Notes: generated by a model not told the origin, from the sequence alone. Shown: positions 1 to 8,018, counted from the first letter of the stretch. The stretch is 64,000 nucleotides of DNA from a virus (IMGVR_UViG_3300032280_000651:1-64000); one strand, 5' to 3'. A program made the numbers and translations.

Positions 1-89
1 CAAAAGGTCTAGGAAAGAGTTTAGAAGGAACCGTATATGAGTCCACTGCAGACATTAGAAATAAAAAGATAGAAAAAATATTAAAATAA
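1..89 (+). CDS. 3' end of a hypothetical protein, truncated by the window edge
   Basis: Frame from nt 3 reads KGLGKSLEGTVYESTADIRNKKIEKILK, stop TAA at 87-89. Confidence 0.6.
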   Translation, partial: KGLGKSLEGTVYESTADIRNKKIEKILK

Positions 90-95
90 TATATT

Positions 96-1691
96 ATGAG
101 TTTACAAAGACAAATTACTCGAAAATTAGAAAGAGCCATCGCTAATAAAGATTGGACTTCTTTAGAAGGTATTCAAAAATACCTTACAAAAATCATTACA
201 AAGCCAGACAACCTAATACTTTGTTCTGACGCATATAAATACTCACATCACCGATTTTATGGTACAGAAATGACTAAAATGGTTTCGTATATGGAATCTC
301 GTGGTGGTAAATTTTCTGAAACCTTATTCTATGGTTTGCAAATTTTACTTAAACAATACTTAGAAGGTATCGCTATTACTAAAGAAGAAGTTGATGAAGC
401 AGATGATTACTTAGCTTCTAAATTCGGAGTATTTGGTAGAGAAGATGTATTCGACCGTTCTAAGTTTGATTATATCGTTGATAAATACGATGGTAAACTT
501 CCTATTAGTATTAAAGCCGTTCCAGAGGGAACTGTTGTAAATACAAAAAATGTACTTTTCATTATTGAAAGTTTAGATGAACAATGTGCTTGGTTGACAA
601 ACTTCTTAGAAAGTATCTTACTACAAGTTTGGTATCCAATTACTGTTGCAACTCTTTCAAGAGAAGTTAGAAAAATCGTAACCAATTCATTTTTAGAATG
701 TACTTCTTATGATAATAAAACAATCAATTTCTTAGTTGATTTTGTTTTAAATGACTTTGGTTTCAGAGGTGTATCTTCTGTACAATCAGCGAAAATTGGT
801 GGGTCAGCACATTTAGTCAACTTCTTAGGTTCTGACACTGTAATCGCTTCTAAATTGATTAGAGACGTATATAATACAGATAGAGTATATGGTTTATCAA
901 TTCCAGCAACTGAACACTCTATTATGACACTTAAAGGTGAAGAAGGAGAGTTAGAGTTAATGATGCGAGTTTTAAAAACATTTCCTACTGGATTAGTTGC
1001 CTGTGTATCAGATTCATATAACATTTTTAGAGCTTGTTCTGAGTATTGGGGAACTGAGTTGAGAGATTTAGTTCTTTCAAGACCAGCAACACCTGGAAAT
1101 CAATTAGTTATTAGACCTGACTCTGGTCACGTTTTAAGAACATTAAAAGAAATCTTTGATATATTATTTGACAAGTTTGGTTATACTTTAAATGAAAAAG
1201 GTTACAAAGTACTTCCACCACAAGTTAGAGTAATTCAAGGTGATGGTGTAAATTTAGAATCAATTGGTGAAATATATGCGATGTTAAAAGCAGAGAAAAT
1301 TTCTCCAGAGAACTTAGCACTAGGTATGGGTGGTAAATTACTACAAGCCGATATAAATCGTGATACAAATAACTTTGCAACTAAAGCATGTTTTGCTGTA
1401 GTTGATGGTGAAGAAAGAAATGTAGTTAAATCTCCTACAGAAATGGATGCAGATGGTAACATTATGAAGTCTTTCAAAAAATCTAAACAAGGTCGTTTGA
1501 AACTTGTTAAAAATGATGATGGTTCTTACAGAACTGTTACATCAATGGATGCAGACTTTGATACGGTTAAAGACGAGTTAGTTGAAGTATTTAGAATGGG
1601 AGAAATTATTAAAGAGTGGAACTTTGATGAAATTAGACAAAGAGCAACAGTTTTACAAGAAGAACTTGAAACAGAAGAATTGATTGCATAA
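96..1691 (+). CDS. nadV: Nicotinamide phosphoribosyltransferase (NAMPT)
   Basis: DAYKYSH, DFGFRG, SIPATEHS, VSDSY, IRPDSG, IQGDG and GMGGKLLQ motifs of the NAMPT family. Confidence 0.95.
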   Translation: MSLQRQITRKLERAIANKDWTSLEGIQKYLTKIITKPDNLILCSDAYKYSHHRFYGTEMTKMVSYMESRGGKFSETLFYGLQILLKQYLEGIAITKEEVDEADDYLASKFGVFGREDVFDRSKFDYIVDKYDGKLPISIKAVPEGTVVNTKNVLFIIESLDEQCAWLTNFLESILLQVWYPITVATLSREVRKIVTNSFLECTSYDNKTINFLVDFVLNDFGFRGVSSVQSAKIGGSAHLVNFLGSDTVIASKLIRDVYNTDRVYGLSIPATEHSIMTLKGEEGELELMMRVLKTFPTGLVACVSDSYNIFRACSEYWGTELRDLVLSRPATPGNQLVIRPDSGHVLRTLKEIFDILFDKFGYTLNEKGYKVLPPQVRVIQGDGVNLESIGEIYAMLKAEKISPENLALGMGGKLLQADINRDTNNFATKACFAVVDGEERNVVKSPTEMDADGNIMKSFKKSKQGRLKLVKNDDGSYRTVTSMDADFDTVKDELVEVFRMGEIIKEWNFDEIRQRATVLQEELETEELIA

Positions 1692-1713
1692 TATATAAAA
1701 ATAAAAATATATT

Positions 1714-1881
1714 ATGAACTTAAAATTTCCAATTTGGTCACTAGTACTTGCAATTCTTTGTTATGTACCAATTGCTTGGTTAGATCTAAATATTTGGTAT
1801 GCTTTAGTACCAACTGCATATCTAGCATTTGTATTTATAACAGTATCTTTCTATGCTATAAAAAGAACTTTCTTTAAGTGA
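1714..1881 (+). CDS. Small membrane protein, 55 aa (not in ORF track)
   Basis: MNLKFPIWSLVLAILCYVPIAWLDLNIWYALVPTAYLAFVFITVSFYAIKRTFFK; two hydrophobic segments; TGA overlaps the next start. Confidence 0.65.
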   Translation: MNLKFPIWSLVLAILCYVPIAWLDLNIWYALVPTAYLAFVFITVSFYAIKRTFFK

Positions 1882-2357
1882 TTTTTAAAATTAAAAAGAA
1901 CTCACACTTCTCAGGGTTTAAATTACCACGTTTAACCTTTAGTAGAAAATTAAAAGCAAGTATTACTTTACTTGGAGATTTCTCTTATAAGTGTGATTTT
2001 GTTGAAAATCAAAAAGCAACAAATAAAATAATTGGTTTATCTGATGATTACTTTCATCAGATAAACTCAGTTAGAATAGGATTTAGGTATTTAAACAACA
2101 AAATAGAACTAATGTTATATTATTATAATAATAAAAATCATTACTCTATTAAAATAGGTGAAGTTATATGTAATCAAGAGTTTAAAATTGAAATCGAAAT
2201 TCAAGATCATAAATACTTGGTTAAGTTTAACGATGATATATTTTATGCACCAAGAACATCAAAATGGAATTTTATAAGATATGTCTTATTTCCATACTTT
2301 GGTGGTAAAGAAAAATCAAAATCAGAACTATTATTTAATATAAAATATGAAGTGTAA
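1878..2357 (+). CDS. Hypothetical protein
   Basis: 159 aa ORF overlapping both neighbours. Confidence 0.6.
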   Translation: MIFKIKKNSHFSGFKLPRLTFSRKLKASITLLGDFSYKCDFVENQKATNKIIGLSDDYFHQINSVRIGFRYLNNKIELMLYYYNNKNHYSIKIGEVICNQEFKIEIEIQDHKYLVKFNDDIFYAPRTSKWNFIRYVLFPYFGGKEKSKSELLFNIKYEV

Positions 2358-2676
2358 AGTAGTACATTTTAGAAAAGAACCTTATGATATAATGATAGAT
2401 AGGACAACCAAATGGGGTTGTCCTTTCTCTCATATAAGAGATAGAAAAACAAAAGCCAAGTACCTTGTAAACTCAAGAAAAGAAGCCATTGAAGCTTATA
2501 GAGAATGGATTACAAAAGGTGAAGGTCAGTACTTATTGAATGACTTACATGAGTTAAAAGGTAAAACATTGGGTTGTTGGTGTAAAGATGAAAATGGTAA
2601 AGGTAAATCTTGTCACGGTGATGTTCTAGTAGAACTAGTGAATGATATGTTTAGAACAGATGGGTTTACTATTTAA
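2347..2676 (+). CDS. DUF4326 family protein
   Basis: VVHFRKEPYDIMIDRTTKWGCPF ... LKGKTLGCWC ... CHGDVL signature. Confidence 0.85.
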   Translation: MKCKVVHFRKEPYDIMIDRTTKWGCPFSHIRDRKTKAKYLVNSRKEAIEAYREWITKGEGQYLLNDLHELKGKTLGCWCKDENGKGKSCHGDVLVELVNDMFRTDGFTI

Positions 2677-3187
2677 TAGTAACCATAAAGTAAACTTCTC
2701 TTAATTTCTTTGTATCTAAAGCATTATGTCTTTCTTCAAGAAGTCCTTTAGTTTGATACATTATACCATGCCATCTGTAATCTACAAATTTTATATCTGC
2801 CTTTCTGTGGTAAGGTACAGTTGAACTTGGATCTACTCTTTCTAAGTTATAATTATCTTTTAGAAATTTAAGAAATGGTAGAAATTGATCGATTATATCG
2901 TGCCAAGAAAAAATAGACTGATCTTGTTTTACTAAAGAAATTTGAAAAGGATTTTGTTTTATTACATTATCATTACTGGTAAGTTGACTACCACCATAAA
3001 TCCTTAATTCAAATCCTTCATCTAAAAGATAAGCTAGGTATGTTTCACAGAAATCACGTAGTTCTTCTTTCTTTAAACTAATTTCTTCTGGAGTTAGTGC
3101 TTTAACTCCTGGTAGAAATTTTAGTTCTAAACTTTCATTATGCTCAAGCAGAGAGTGTATAGCACTAAATCTTTTTAAATGCTTCAT
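2669..3187 (-). CDS. Hypothetical protein, paralog of 3184..3669
   Basis: LRDFCETYLAYLLDEGF versus LKDYCEMNLAYLIDEGF; N-terminus MKHLKRF. Confidence 0.7.
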   Translation of the reverse strand: MKHLKRFSAIHSLLEHNESLELKFLPGVKALTPEEISLKKEELRDFCETYLAYLLDEGFELRIYGGSQLTSNDNVIKQNPFQISLVKQDQSIFSWHDIIDQFLPFLKFLKDNYNLERVDPSSTVPYHRKADIKFVDYRWHGIMYQTKGLLEERHNALDTKKLREVYFMVTIK

Positions 3188-3669
3188 AAACTATATTCTT
3201 CTATTTTAAATGTTATTCTAGAAAGATCCCAATATATATTAGTATTATCTAAAGTACTAATCAACTCAGATTTTAAGTCCATATTATTTGACGAAGTGAA
3301 ATTTATATAATTACTAGCTAGTTTATATTTCTTTTGTATTCTTAATATAAATGGTATATAATGATTCTTTACATCATCCCATTTAAAATAAGGAGTGATA
3401 ACACCATGTTGATTTGTAGTTGAACTTTTTCTAAGAATAATATTATAGTAAGCTCCACTATGTGGTTGTACATCAATAAAAAATCCTTCATCTATTAGAT
3501 AAGCTAAATTCATTTCACAATAATCTTTTAACATTGCGGTATCATACTCAGCTTTTACCATTTTATATTGTTTATCATCAATCGGTTTCATATCTAAATT
3601 CTCTTCAGCCCAAGCTAATACTTCTGGATCAAAATCTAAGGATTCATTAAACTTTTTTAAATGTCTCAT
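3184..3669 (-). CDS. Hypothetical protein, paralog of 2669..3187
   Basis: N-terminus MRHLKKFNES; TTTTTATATATA motif just upstream. Confidence 0.7.
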   Translation of the reverse strand: MRHLKKFNESLDFDPEVLAWAEENLDMKPIDDKQYKMVKAEYDTAMLKDYCEMNLAYLIDEGFFIDVQPHSGAYYNIILRKSSTTNQHGVITPYFKWDDVKNHYIPFILRIQKKYKLASNYINFTSSNNMDLKSELISTLDNTNIYWDLSRITFKIEEYSL

Positions 3670-3725
3670 AAACTATATATAAAAACATTTGACTAATAAA
3701 ATCATATAATAAGAAAAAACTTTTT

Positions 3726-4379
3726 ATGGAATTATTCATGTTTGATATAGAAACAGCAGGGCAATATAAAGACTTTACAGAATTTGAAAAAAATGATGAA
3801 CGTGGTTCAAACCTTTTTAAAGGTAAATACCAAAAAATGGGTTGGGAAGAAAAATACGGAAACATATACGAAGCTTATTTAGATAATGCTGGTATTGTAC
3901 CAACTTATGGTAGAATAGTTTGTATCTCATTTGGTTACTTAGATAATGGACAAGAAAGAATTTCAAGTTTCTACGGTGATGATGAAAAAGAAATTGTAGA
4001 GAAATTTAATAATCTACTTAAAAAGATTGAAACAAAATCATTTAATCTTTCAGGTTTCAGAATCGCTTACTTCGATATACCTTGGATTATGCATAAACTA
4101 GCTAAGTATGGTATTAAACCAGCTGATATAATTACGACTTATAATAAGAAACCTTGGGAAATGAGAATCACTGATATGTCAGATGATTGGAAATCTAAAT
4201 TTGCTTGGGCATTCTCATTTGACGAAATGTGTTATGAATTAGGAGTTGAATCACCTAAAGATAATATGAATGGTTCAGAAGTACATATTGCTTACTGGGA
4301 AGGTCGTGTAAATGATGTTAAAACTTATTGTGAGAAAGATGTTAGAGCTTCAATTAAAGTTTCGGAACTAATTTATTAA
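3726..4379 (+). CDS. 3'-5' exonuclease, PolB-exo-like / RNase H-like
   Basis: FDIET, FDIPWI and YCEKDV DEDD motifs. Confidence 0.85.
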   Translation: MELFMFDIETAGQYKDFTEFEKNDERGSNLFKGKYQKMGWEEKYGNIYEAYLDNAGIVPTYGRIVCISFGYLDNGQERISSFYGDDEKEIVEKFNNLLKKIETKSFNLSGFRIAYFDIPWIMHKLAKYGIKPADIITTYNKKPWEMRITDMSDDWKSKFAWAFSFDEMCYELGVESPKDNMNGSEVHIAYWEGRVNDVKTYCEKDVRASIKVSELIY

Positions 4380-4428
4380 ACCTGTAGAAATACAGGTTTT
4401 TTGTTTTATTTTTGTGATATATAGTTTT

Positions 4429-4761
4429 ATGGAGAACCTTATTATCACTTACATTAAGACGAATGGTCAAACATTAGAAATGTGGACTGCAATCGATACT
4501 GAAAAAAATCTTTCAGTAGGACATATCTTTATGAATGTTGAAAAGGATAATCGGATAAAATTCTTAGATGCTTGGGTACACGATGATTACCGTAGAAGAG
4601 GTATTTACAGAAAGTTATGGGAAACTAGATGGGAATTTGTACTAGATAATTATAAAGGATATACTGTATATGCTTGGTGCAAAGACAGTTCACTACCATT
4701 ACTTTTAGAAAAAGAATTCACTCCAGGTGAAATAGTTACTTATGTTGAGAAAAAAATATAA
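4429..4761 (+). CDS. GNAT family N-acetyltransferase
   Basis: AWVHDDYRRRGIYRKL acetyl-CoA binding motif; ATG at 4429 preferred to GTG at 4414. Confidence 0.8.
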   Translation: MENLIITYIKTNGQTLEMWTAIDTEKNLSVGHIFMNVEKDNRIKFLDAWVHDDYRRRGIYRKLWETRWEFVLDNYKGYTVYAWCKDSSLPLLLEKEFTPGEIVTYVEKKI

Positions 4762-4818
4762 ACTATTTTAAAAAAATTAGTATAAGTAGCATGATTAAAT
4801 CCGTGAACTTAATAAATT

Positions 4819-4995
4819 ATGGCAAATAAAGACAGAAACTTTATAATTAGAATATCAGAGAAATTATTGGAAGAGTTTCAAGAATTTTGTGATGATAATT
4901 CAATGAATGCTTCTAAAAGAATTAGAAAGTATATCGAGAATGATGTTGAATCTTGGAAGAAAAGAAAACAACAGCAACAAAATAATCAAAAATAA
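4819..4995 (+). CDS. Ribbon-helix-helix DNA-binding protein, 58 aa (not in ORF track)
   Basis: MANKDRNFIIRISEKLLEEFQEFCDDNSMNASKRIRKYIENDV: beta strand then two helices. Confidence 0.7.
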   Translation: MANKDRNFIIRISEKLLEEFQEFCDDNSMNASKRIRKYIENDVESWKKRKQQQQNNQK

Positions 4996-5116
4996 TTTGG
5001 TAGTTTAAAACTTATGAGTATCTTTGTACTCTATTAAAATAAAAATAAAATATGGGATTTCTATTCGGATTACTACTAGGTTACTTACTTTGGGGAAATA
5101 AAAATAACTAAAATAA

Positions 5117-5347
5117 ATGGAAAAGTTTTTCTTAACAATTATGCACTCTTGGGGTTCAGATACTCCACAAGAAGTATTCTGGGGACTAAATGATTTGATC
5201 ACCTGGGCAAAAACAAAGGGGTTTGATAATAAAGGATTATTTTTTGATGATCCAATTGGTTACAATGTAGATGAAGATAAAGCACAAAAAGATAATGAAC
5301 AGTTAGTAAAAGAACTTTCAGAGTTTTTTGAAAAAAATTTAAAATAA
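5117..5347 (+). CDS. Hypothetical protein
   Basis: 76 aa ORF with AT-rich initiation region. Confidence 0.6.
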   Translation: MEKFFLTIMHSWGSDTPQEVFWGLNDLITWAKTKGFDNKGLFFDDPIGYNVDEDKAQKDNEQLVKELSEFFEKNLK

Positions 5348-5348
5348 A

Positions 5349-5380
5349 TTTGGTACAATAGAAAACTTTTTATACTTTTG
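5349..5380 (+). promoter_or_regulatory. Bacteroidota-type sigma promoter of tRNA operon 1
   Basis: TTTG (5349-5352), 20 nt, TACTTTTG (5373-5380); matches the -33/-7 consensus TTTG/TAnnTTTG. Confidence 0.75.
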
Positions 5381-5391
5381 TACTATAAAAA

Positions 5392-5423
5392 TAACAAAAT
5401 AACAAAATAACAAAATAACAAAA
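5392..5423 (+). repeat. Tandem 8-mer (TAACAAAA)x4
   Basis: Units start at 5392, 5400, 5408 and 5416. Confidence 0.9.
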
Positions 5424-5453
5424 AGGGAGAATAAACTTTTAATATATACAATA

Positions 5454-5555
5454 ATGAAAACAACTAATCTAAATATTAACTTAACGCTGAATGTCTTATG
5501 TCTAAGACAAAGACCGGGTTTTGCTATATTTAGAGCAAATGATTTTAGTTGGTAA
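5454..5555 (+). CDS. Attenuator leader peptide 1 (Leu/Arg), 33 aa
   Basis: MKTTNLNINLTLNVLCLRQRPGFAIFRANDFSW; 5 Leu (CTA, TTA, CTG, TTA, CTA) and 3 Arg (all AGA); lies between promoter and terminator. Confidence 0.8.
   Translation: MKTTNLNINLTLNVLCLRQRPGFAIFRANDFSW
5515..5523 (+). promoter_or_regulatory. Antiterminator strand of attenuator 1
   Basis: CGGGTTTTG is the exact reverse complement of CAAAACCCG (5584-5592), the 5' arm of the terminator. Confidence 0.7.
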
Positions 5556-5584
5556 TAACTGAAAGTATATCTAAATAATATAAC

Positions 5585-5617
5585 AAAACCCGAAATGTAA
5601 AAGTTTCGGGTTTTTTT
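5585..5617 (+). terminator. Intrinsic terminator of attenuator 1
   Basis: AAAACCCGAAA-tgtaaaag-TTTCGGGTTTT plus T-tract, 20 nt before the first tRNA. Confidence 0.85.
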
Positions 5618-5637
5618 ATGTAAAAAAATAAATAATT

Positions 5638-5709
5638 GGCCTCATCGTTCAACGGATAGGACTAAAGCCTTCTAAGCTTTCAATCGGGGTTCGAATCCCT
5701 GTGGGGTCA
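5638..5709 (+). tRNA. tRNA-Arg(UCU)
   Basis: Cloverleaf; anticodon arm aaagc-CTTCTAA-gcttt; GGTTCGAATCC T-arm. Confidence 0.9.
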
Positions 5710-5721
5710 CAAAATAAATAT

Positions 5722-5808
5722 GCGTCTGTGGTGAAATTGGTAGTACACGCAGGTCTTAAAAATCTGTGGTCAGGAATGACCGTGAGGGTTCGACTCCCTC
5801 CAGACGTA
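5722..5808 (+). tRNA. tRNA-Leu(UAA)
   Basis: caggt-CTTAAAA-atctg; long variable arm; GTTCGACTC. Confidence 0.9.
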
Positions 5809-5817
5809 CAAAAATAT

Positions 5818-5898
5818 GCCCCGTTAGTTCCGACTGTCTTCTAAACAGTTAAGGATAATTGGACGCTGAAAATGTAGGTTCGAGTCCTACACGGGGTA
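5818..5898 (+). ncRNA. D-arm-less tRNA-like RNA, anticodon UCU (Arg)
   Basis: 7-bp acceptor, 8-nt linker instead of a D arm, actgt-CTTCTAA-acagt, 24-nt extra region, canonical T arm. Confidence 0.75.
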
Positions 5899-5909
5899 CA
5901 AAATCACTT

Positions 5910-5994
5910 GTCGGAGTGGTGGAATGGTAGACACGCAGGTCTTAAACACCTGTGCTCCGGAAGGGGCGTGAGGGTTCGAGTCCCTCCTCCGATA
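5910..5994 (+). tRNA. tRNA-Leu(UAA), second copy
   Basis: caggt-CTTAAAC-acctg; long variable arm. Confidence 0.9.
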
Positions 5995-6002
5995 CAATAT
6001 AT

Positions 6003-6085
6003 GCCGAGGTGGTGGAATGGTAGACACGCTGGTCTAAGAAGCCAGTGTCCGAAAGGACGTGCGGGTTCGAGTCCCGCTCTCGGTA
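6003..6085 (+). tRNA. tRNA-Leu(AAG)
   Basis: ctggt-CTAAGAA-gccag; variable arm gtcc-gaaa-ggac. Confidence 0.9.
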
Positions 6086-6090
6086 CAAAA

Positions 6091-6173
6091 GCACCAGTGG
6101 TGGAACTGGTATACACGGTGGCCTCAAAAGCTACTATCTATATGATGTGTGGGTTCGACTCCCACCTGGTGTA
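6091..6173 (+). tRNA. tRNA-Leu(CAA)
   Basis: gtggc-CTCAAAA-gctac. Confidence 0.9.
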
Positions 6174-6180
6174 CAAAAAT

Positions 6181-6263
6181 GCGGGTATGGGGGAATGGTA
6201 GACCCGCCAGATTTAGGATCTGGTGTCCGAAAGGACGTGTCGGTTCGAGTCCGACTACCCGTA
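6181..6263 (+). tRNA. tRNA-Leu(UAG)
   Basis: ccaga-TTTAGGA-tctgg; long variable arm. Confidence 0.9.
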
Positions 6264-6277
6264 CAAAAATTAAAAAT

Positions 6278-6502
6278 ATGAAACTAATTAAAGTTGAAGA
6301 TAAGATATATGAAGTGAAACCTTGTTTACATTGTAAGAAGGATGAAGTAGAATATGTCGAACAAGATCTTCCTTTTAATAATGAAGGATGGGCATGTAAT
6401 TATTGTGATTCAACATATGTGATTTTCAATACTGAGATAGCTGAAGATGTTACTCTTAGAGAAGAAAGAGAAGAAAAGTTAAAAAATATAATAAAAGATT
6501 AG
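6278..6502 (+). CDS. Small zinc-ribbon protein
   Basis: CLHC...CNYC; true start ATG 6278, since the ORF-track extension runs through tRNA genes. Confidence 0.7.
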   Translation: MKLIKVEDKIYEVKPCLHCKKDEVEYVEQDLPFNNEGWACNYCDSTYVIFNTEIAEDVTLREEREEKLKNIIKD

Positions 6503-6532
6503 GTAGTAGAACAAAAAAATATGATAATATTT

Positions 6533-6563
6533 TTTGTAGATTAAAAAACTTATAGTATATTTG
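6533..6563 (+). promoter_or_regulatory. Bacteroidota-type promoter of tRNA operon 2
   Basis: TTTG (6533-6536), 19 nt, TATATTTG (6556-6563). Confidence 0.7.
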
Positions 6564-6649
6564 TACTCTGTAATAATACAGAAAGTGTTTTACACTACTA
6601 TAATTAAAGAAAAACAAAAAGGGACAATAAAAATATAATATATAATACA

Positions 6650-6739
6650 ATGAAAACAAATACTATAAATATTAATGTGATTACGATTACGAATTGTGTG
6701 AATAGCACGACTTCGGGTAAGCGATTATGTATAGTATAA
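6650..6739 (+). CDS. Attenuator leader peptide 2 (Thr/Ile/Asn/Val/Cys), 29 aa
   Basis: MKTNTININVITITNCVNSTTSGKRLCIV; codons 3-18 are only T, N, I, V or C. Confidence 0.8.
   Translation: MKTNTININVITITNCVNSTTSGKRLCIV
6712..6718 (+). promoter_or_regulatory. Antiterminator strand of attenuator 2
   Basis: TTCGGGT is complementary to ACCCGAA (6768-6774) in the terminator 5' arm; can instead pair upstream in hairpin 6690-6715. Confidence 0.65.
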
Positions 6740-6763
6740 TGACATATATTATATACAATTTAT

Positions 6764-6800
6764 AAAGACCCGAACTCAAAAAGTTTGGGTCTTTTCTTTT
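6764..6800 (+). terminator. Intrinsic terminator of attenuator 2
   Basis: AAAGACCCGAAC-tcaaaaa-GTTTGGGTCTTT plus TCTTTT, 6 nt before the first tRNA. Confidence 0.85.
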
Positions 6801-6806
6801 ATATAT

Positions 6807-6878
6807 TCTCCTATGGTGAAATGGTTATCACGTCTGACTGTTAATCAGTTATTCCAGGTTCGAGTCCTGGTGGGAGAG
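6807..6878 (+). tRNA. tRNA-Asn(GUU)
   Basis: Loop CTGTTAA; G73. Confidence 0.9.
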
Positions 6879-6885
6879 CAAATAT

Positions 6886-6960
6886 TCCTCCGTAGCTATA
6901 ATGGTTTAGAGCGGCGTTTTGTTAAAGCGATGGTTACAGGTTCGAGTCCTGTCGGAGGAG
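6886..6960 (+). tRNA. tRNA-Asn(GUU), second copy
   Basis: Loop TTGTTAA; G73; 27:43 mismatch. Confidence 0.85.
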
Positions 6961-6969
6961 CAAATATAT

Positions 6970-7050
6970 TGGCACATACCAGCCCAACCTGATAAGTTGG
7001 AGAACTGTAAATGGTTGTTGAAAATGTGGGTTCAAATCCCTCTGTGCCAA
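6970..7050 (+). ncRNA. D-arm-less tRNA-like RNA, anticodon GAU (Ile)
   Basis: 7-bp acceptor, 7-nt linker, ccaac-CTGATAA-gttgg, 25-nt extra region ending TGAAAAT, T arm; same length and layout as 5818..5898. Confidence 0.75.
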
Positions 7051-7063
7051 CAAAAAAATATAT

Positions 7064-7149
7064 GGGACTGTGGTGTAGTTGGTTAAACATCCCACTCTTA
7101 CAAAGTGGAGACGAGAAGTATAACGTAGGTTCGAATCCTACCAGTCCTA
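7064..7149 (+). tRNA. tRNA-Val(UAC) with 16-nt variable region
   Basis: ccact-CTTACAA-agtgg. Confidence 0.85.
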
Positions 7150-7160
7150 CAAAAATACCT

Positions 7161-7235
7161 TGGTCGGTATATCAATTGGTTTAGATTATCACGCTGATAC
7201 CGTGAAGGTTGCGAGTTCGAGTCTCGCCCGACCAA
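7161..7235 (+). tRNA. tRNA-Ile(GAU)
   Basis: tcacg-CTGATAC-cgtga. Confidence 0.9.
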
Positions 7236-7301
7236 CAAAAAATTAAAGGTTCGAAACAGATGGAAGTGTCAATTTTTAATATATATAAATAAAAAACATA
7301 T

Positions 7302-8018
7302 ATGTTAAAAATAGAAAAATTACAATTAGAATTACTAATAGATAAAGGACTCTCTTTAAAAATTATTGCAGAAGAATTAAATATATCATATTCGACTATT
7401 AATAGACTATGTAATAAATATAATTTAAAGTCTAAATTTAATGAGTCAAAAAATGAACTAGTTAATTGTATTGAATGTGATATAGAATTTAATGGAAATA
7501 AAAAAGAAGAAAGAAAGTTTTGTAGTAGATCGTGTTCGGTTACTTATAATAATAGAATTAAAATTTTCACAGATGATACTAAACTAAAAATAAGTAATAC
7601 ATTAAAAAGTAGAAATAAAAAAGTAATTAAAATAAGACTATGTAAAAATTGTGATAATCTAGTTGGATATAAAAAAATAATATGTGATAGTTGTAGAGTA
7701 GATTATTATCAGTATTATAGACCAGCATCAAATTTCAATTTCGATATAAATCTCTACAAAGATAAGTTTGAACTTTCATTAGTTACTAAATATGGTTGGT
7801 ACAGCCCTTCAAATAAAGGTAATAACCTAAACGGTGTGAGTAAAGATCATTTATTTAGTGTTAAAGATGGTTTCGATAATAAAGTTAGTGTAGATCTAAT
7901 AAAACATCCGGCGAATTGTAAATTAATGATACATAAGGATAACCAAGTTAAAAATAGTAAAAGTGTAATAACACTAGAAGAATTGTTAAAAAGAATAGAA
8001 GAATGGAATAAGAAATAA
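7302..8018 (+). CDS. Putative HNH-like homing endonuclease inside tRNA array 2
   Basis: N-terminal HTH, CxxC zinc motifs, C-terminal SKDHLFS...HPANC...HKDNQVK His-Me finger. Confidence 0.65.
   Translation: MLKIEKLQLELLIDKGLSLKIIAEELNISYSTINRLCNKYNLKSKFNESKNELVNCIECDIEFNGNKKEERKFCSRSCSVTYNNRIKIFTDDTKLKISNTLKSRNKKVIKIRLCKNCDNLVGYKKIICDSCRVDYYQYYRPASNFNFDINLYKDKFELSLVTKYGWYSPSNKGNNLNGVSKDHLFSVKDGFDNKVSVDLIKHPANCKLMIHKDNQVKNSKSVITLEELLKRIEEWNKK

Noticed and set aside
470-1477. Antisense ORFs within NAMPT, and similar ones within gp14-like, ClpC, DnaJ and glycan genes
   Set aside because: Shadow ORFs opposite well-supported genes, with no motifs or promoter
5392-5423. CRISPR array
   Set aside because: 8-nt tandem units with no spacers; no repeat-spacer array or cas gene seen in the window
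5638-5898. Possible amber suppressor (CUA) reading of the CTTCTAA loops
   Set aside because: The 5-bp stems fix a 7-nt loop with UCU at 34-36; long ORFs are intact under code 11, so no sign of stop-codon reassignment
5904-6281. ORF-track entries 5904..6116, 5908..6201, 5942..6127, 6045..6281 and the N-terminal extension of 6149..6502
   Set aside because: They run through tRNA genes; GC-rich tRNA sequence produces chance ORFs
6896-7090. Minus-strand 64 aa ORF, and likewise 17313..17531
   Set aside because: Overlap tRNA genes of arrays 2 and 3
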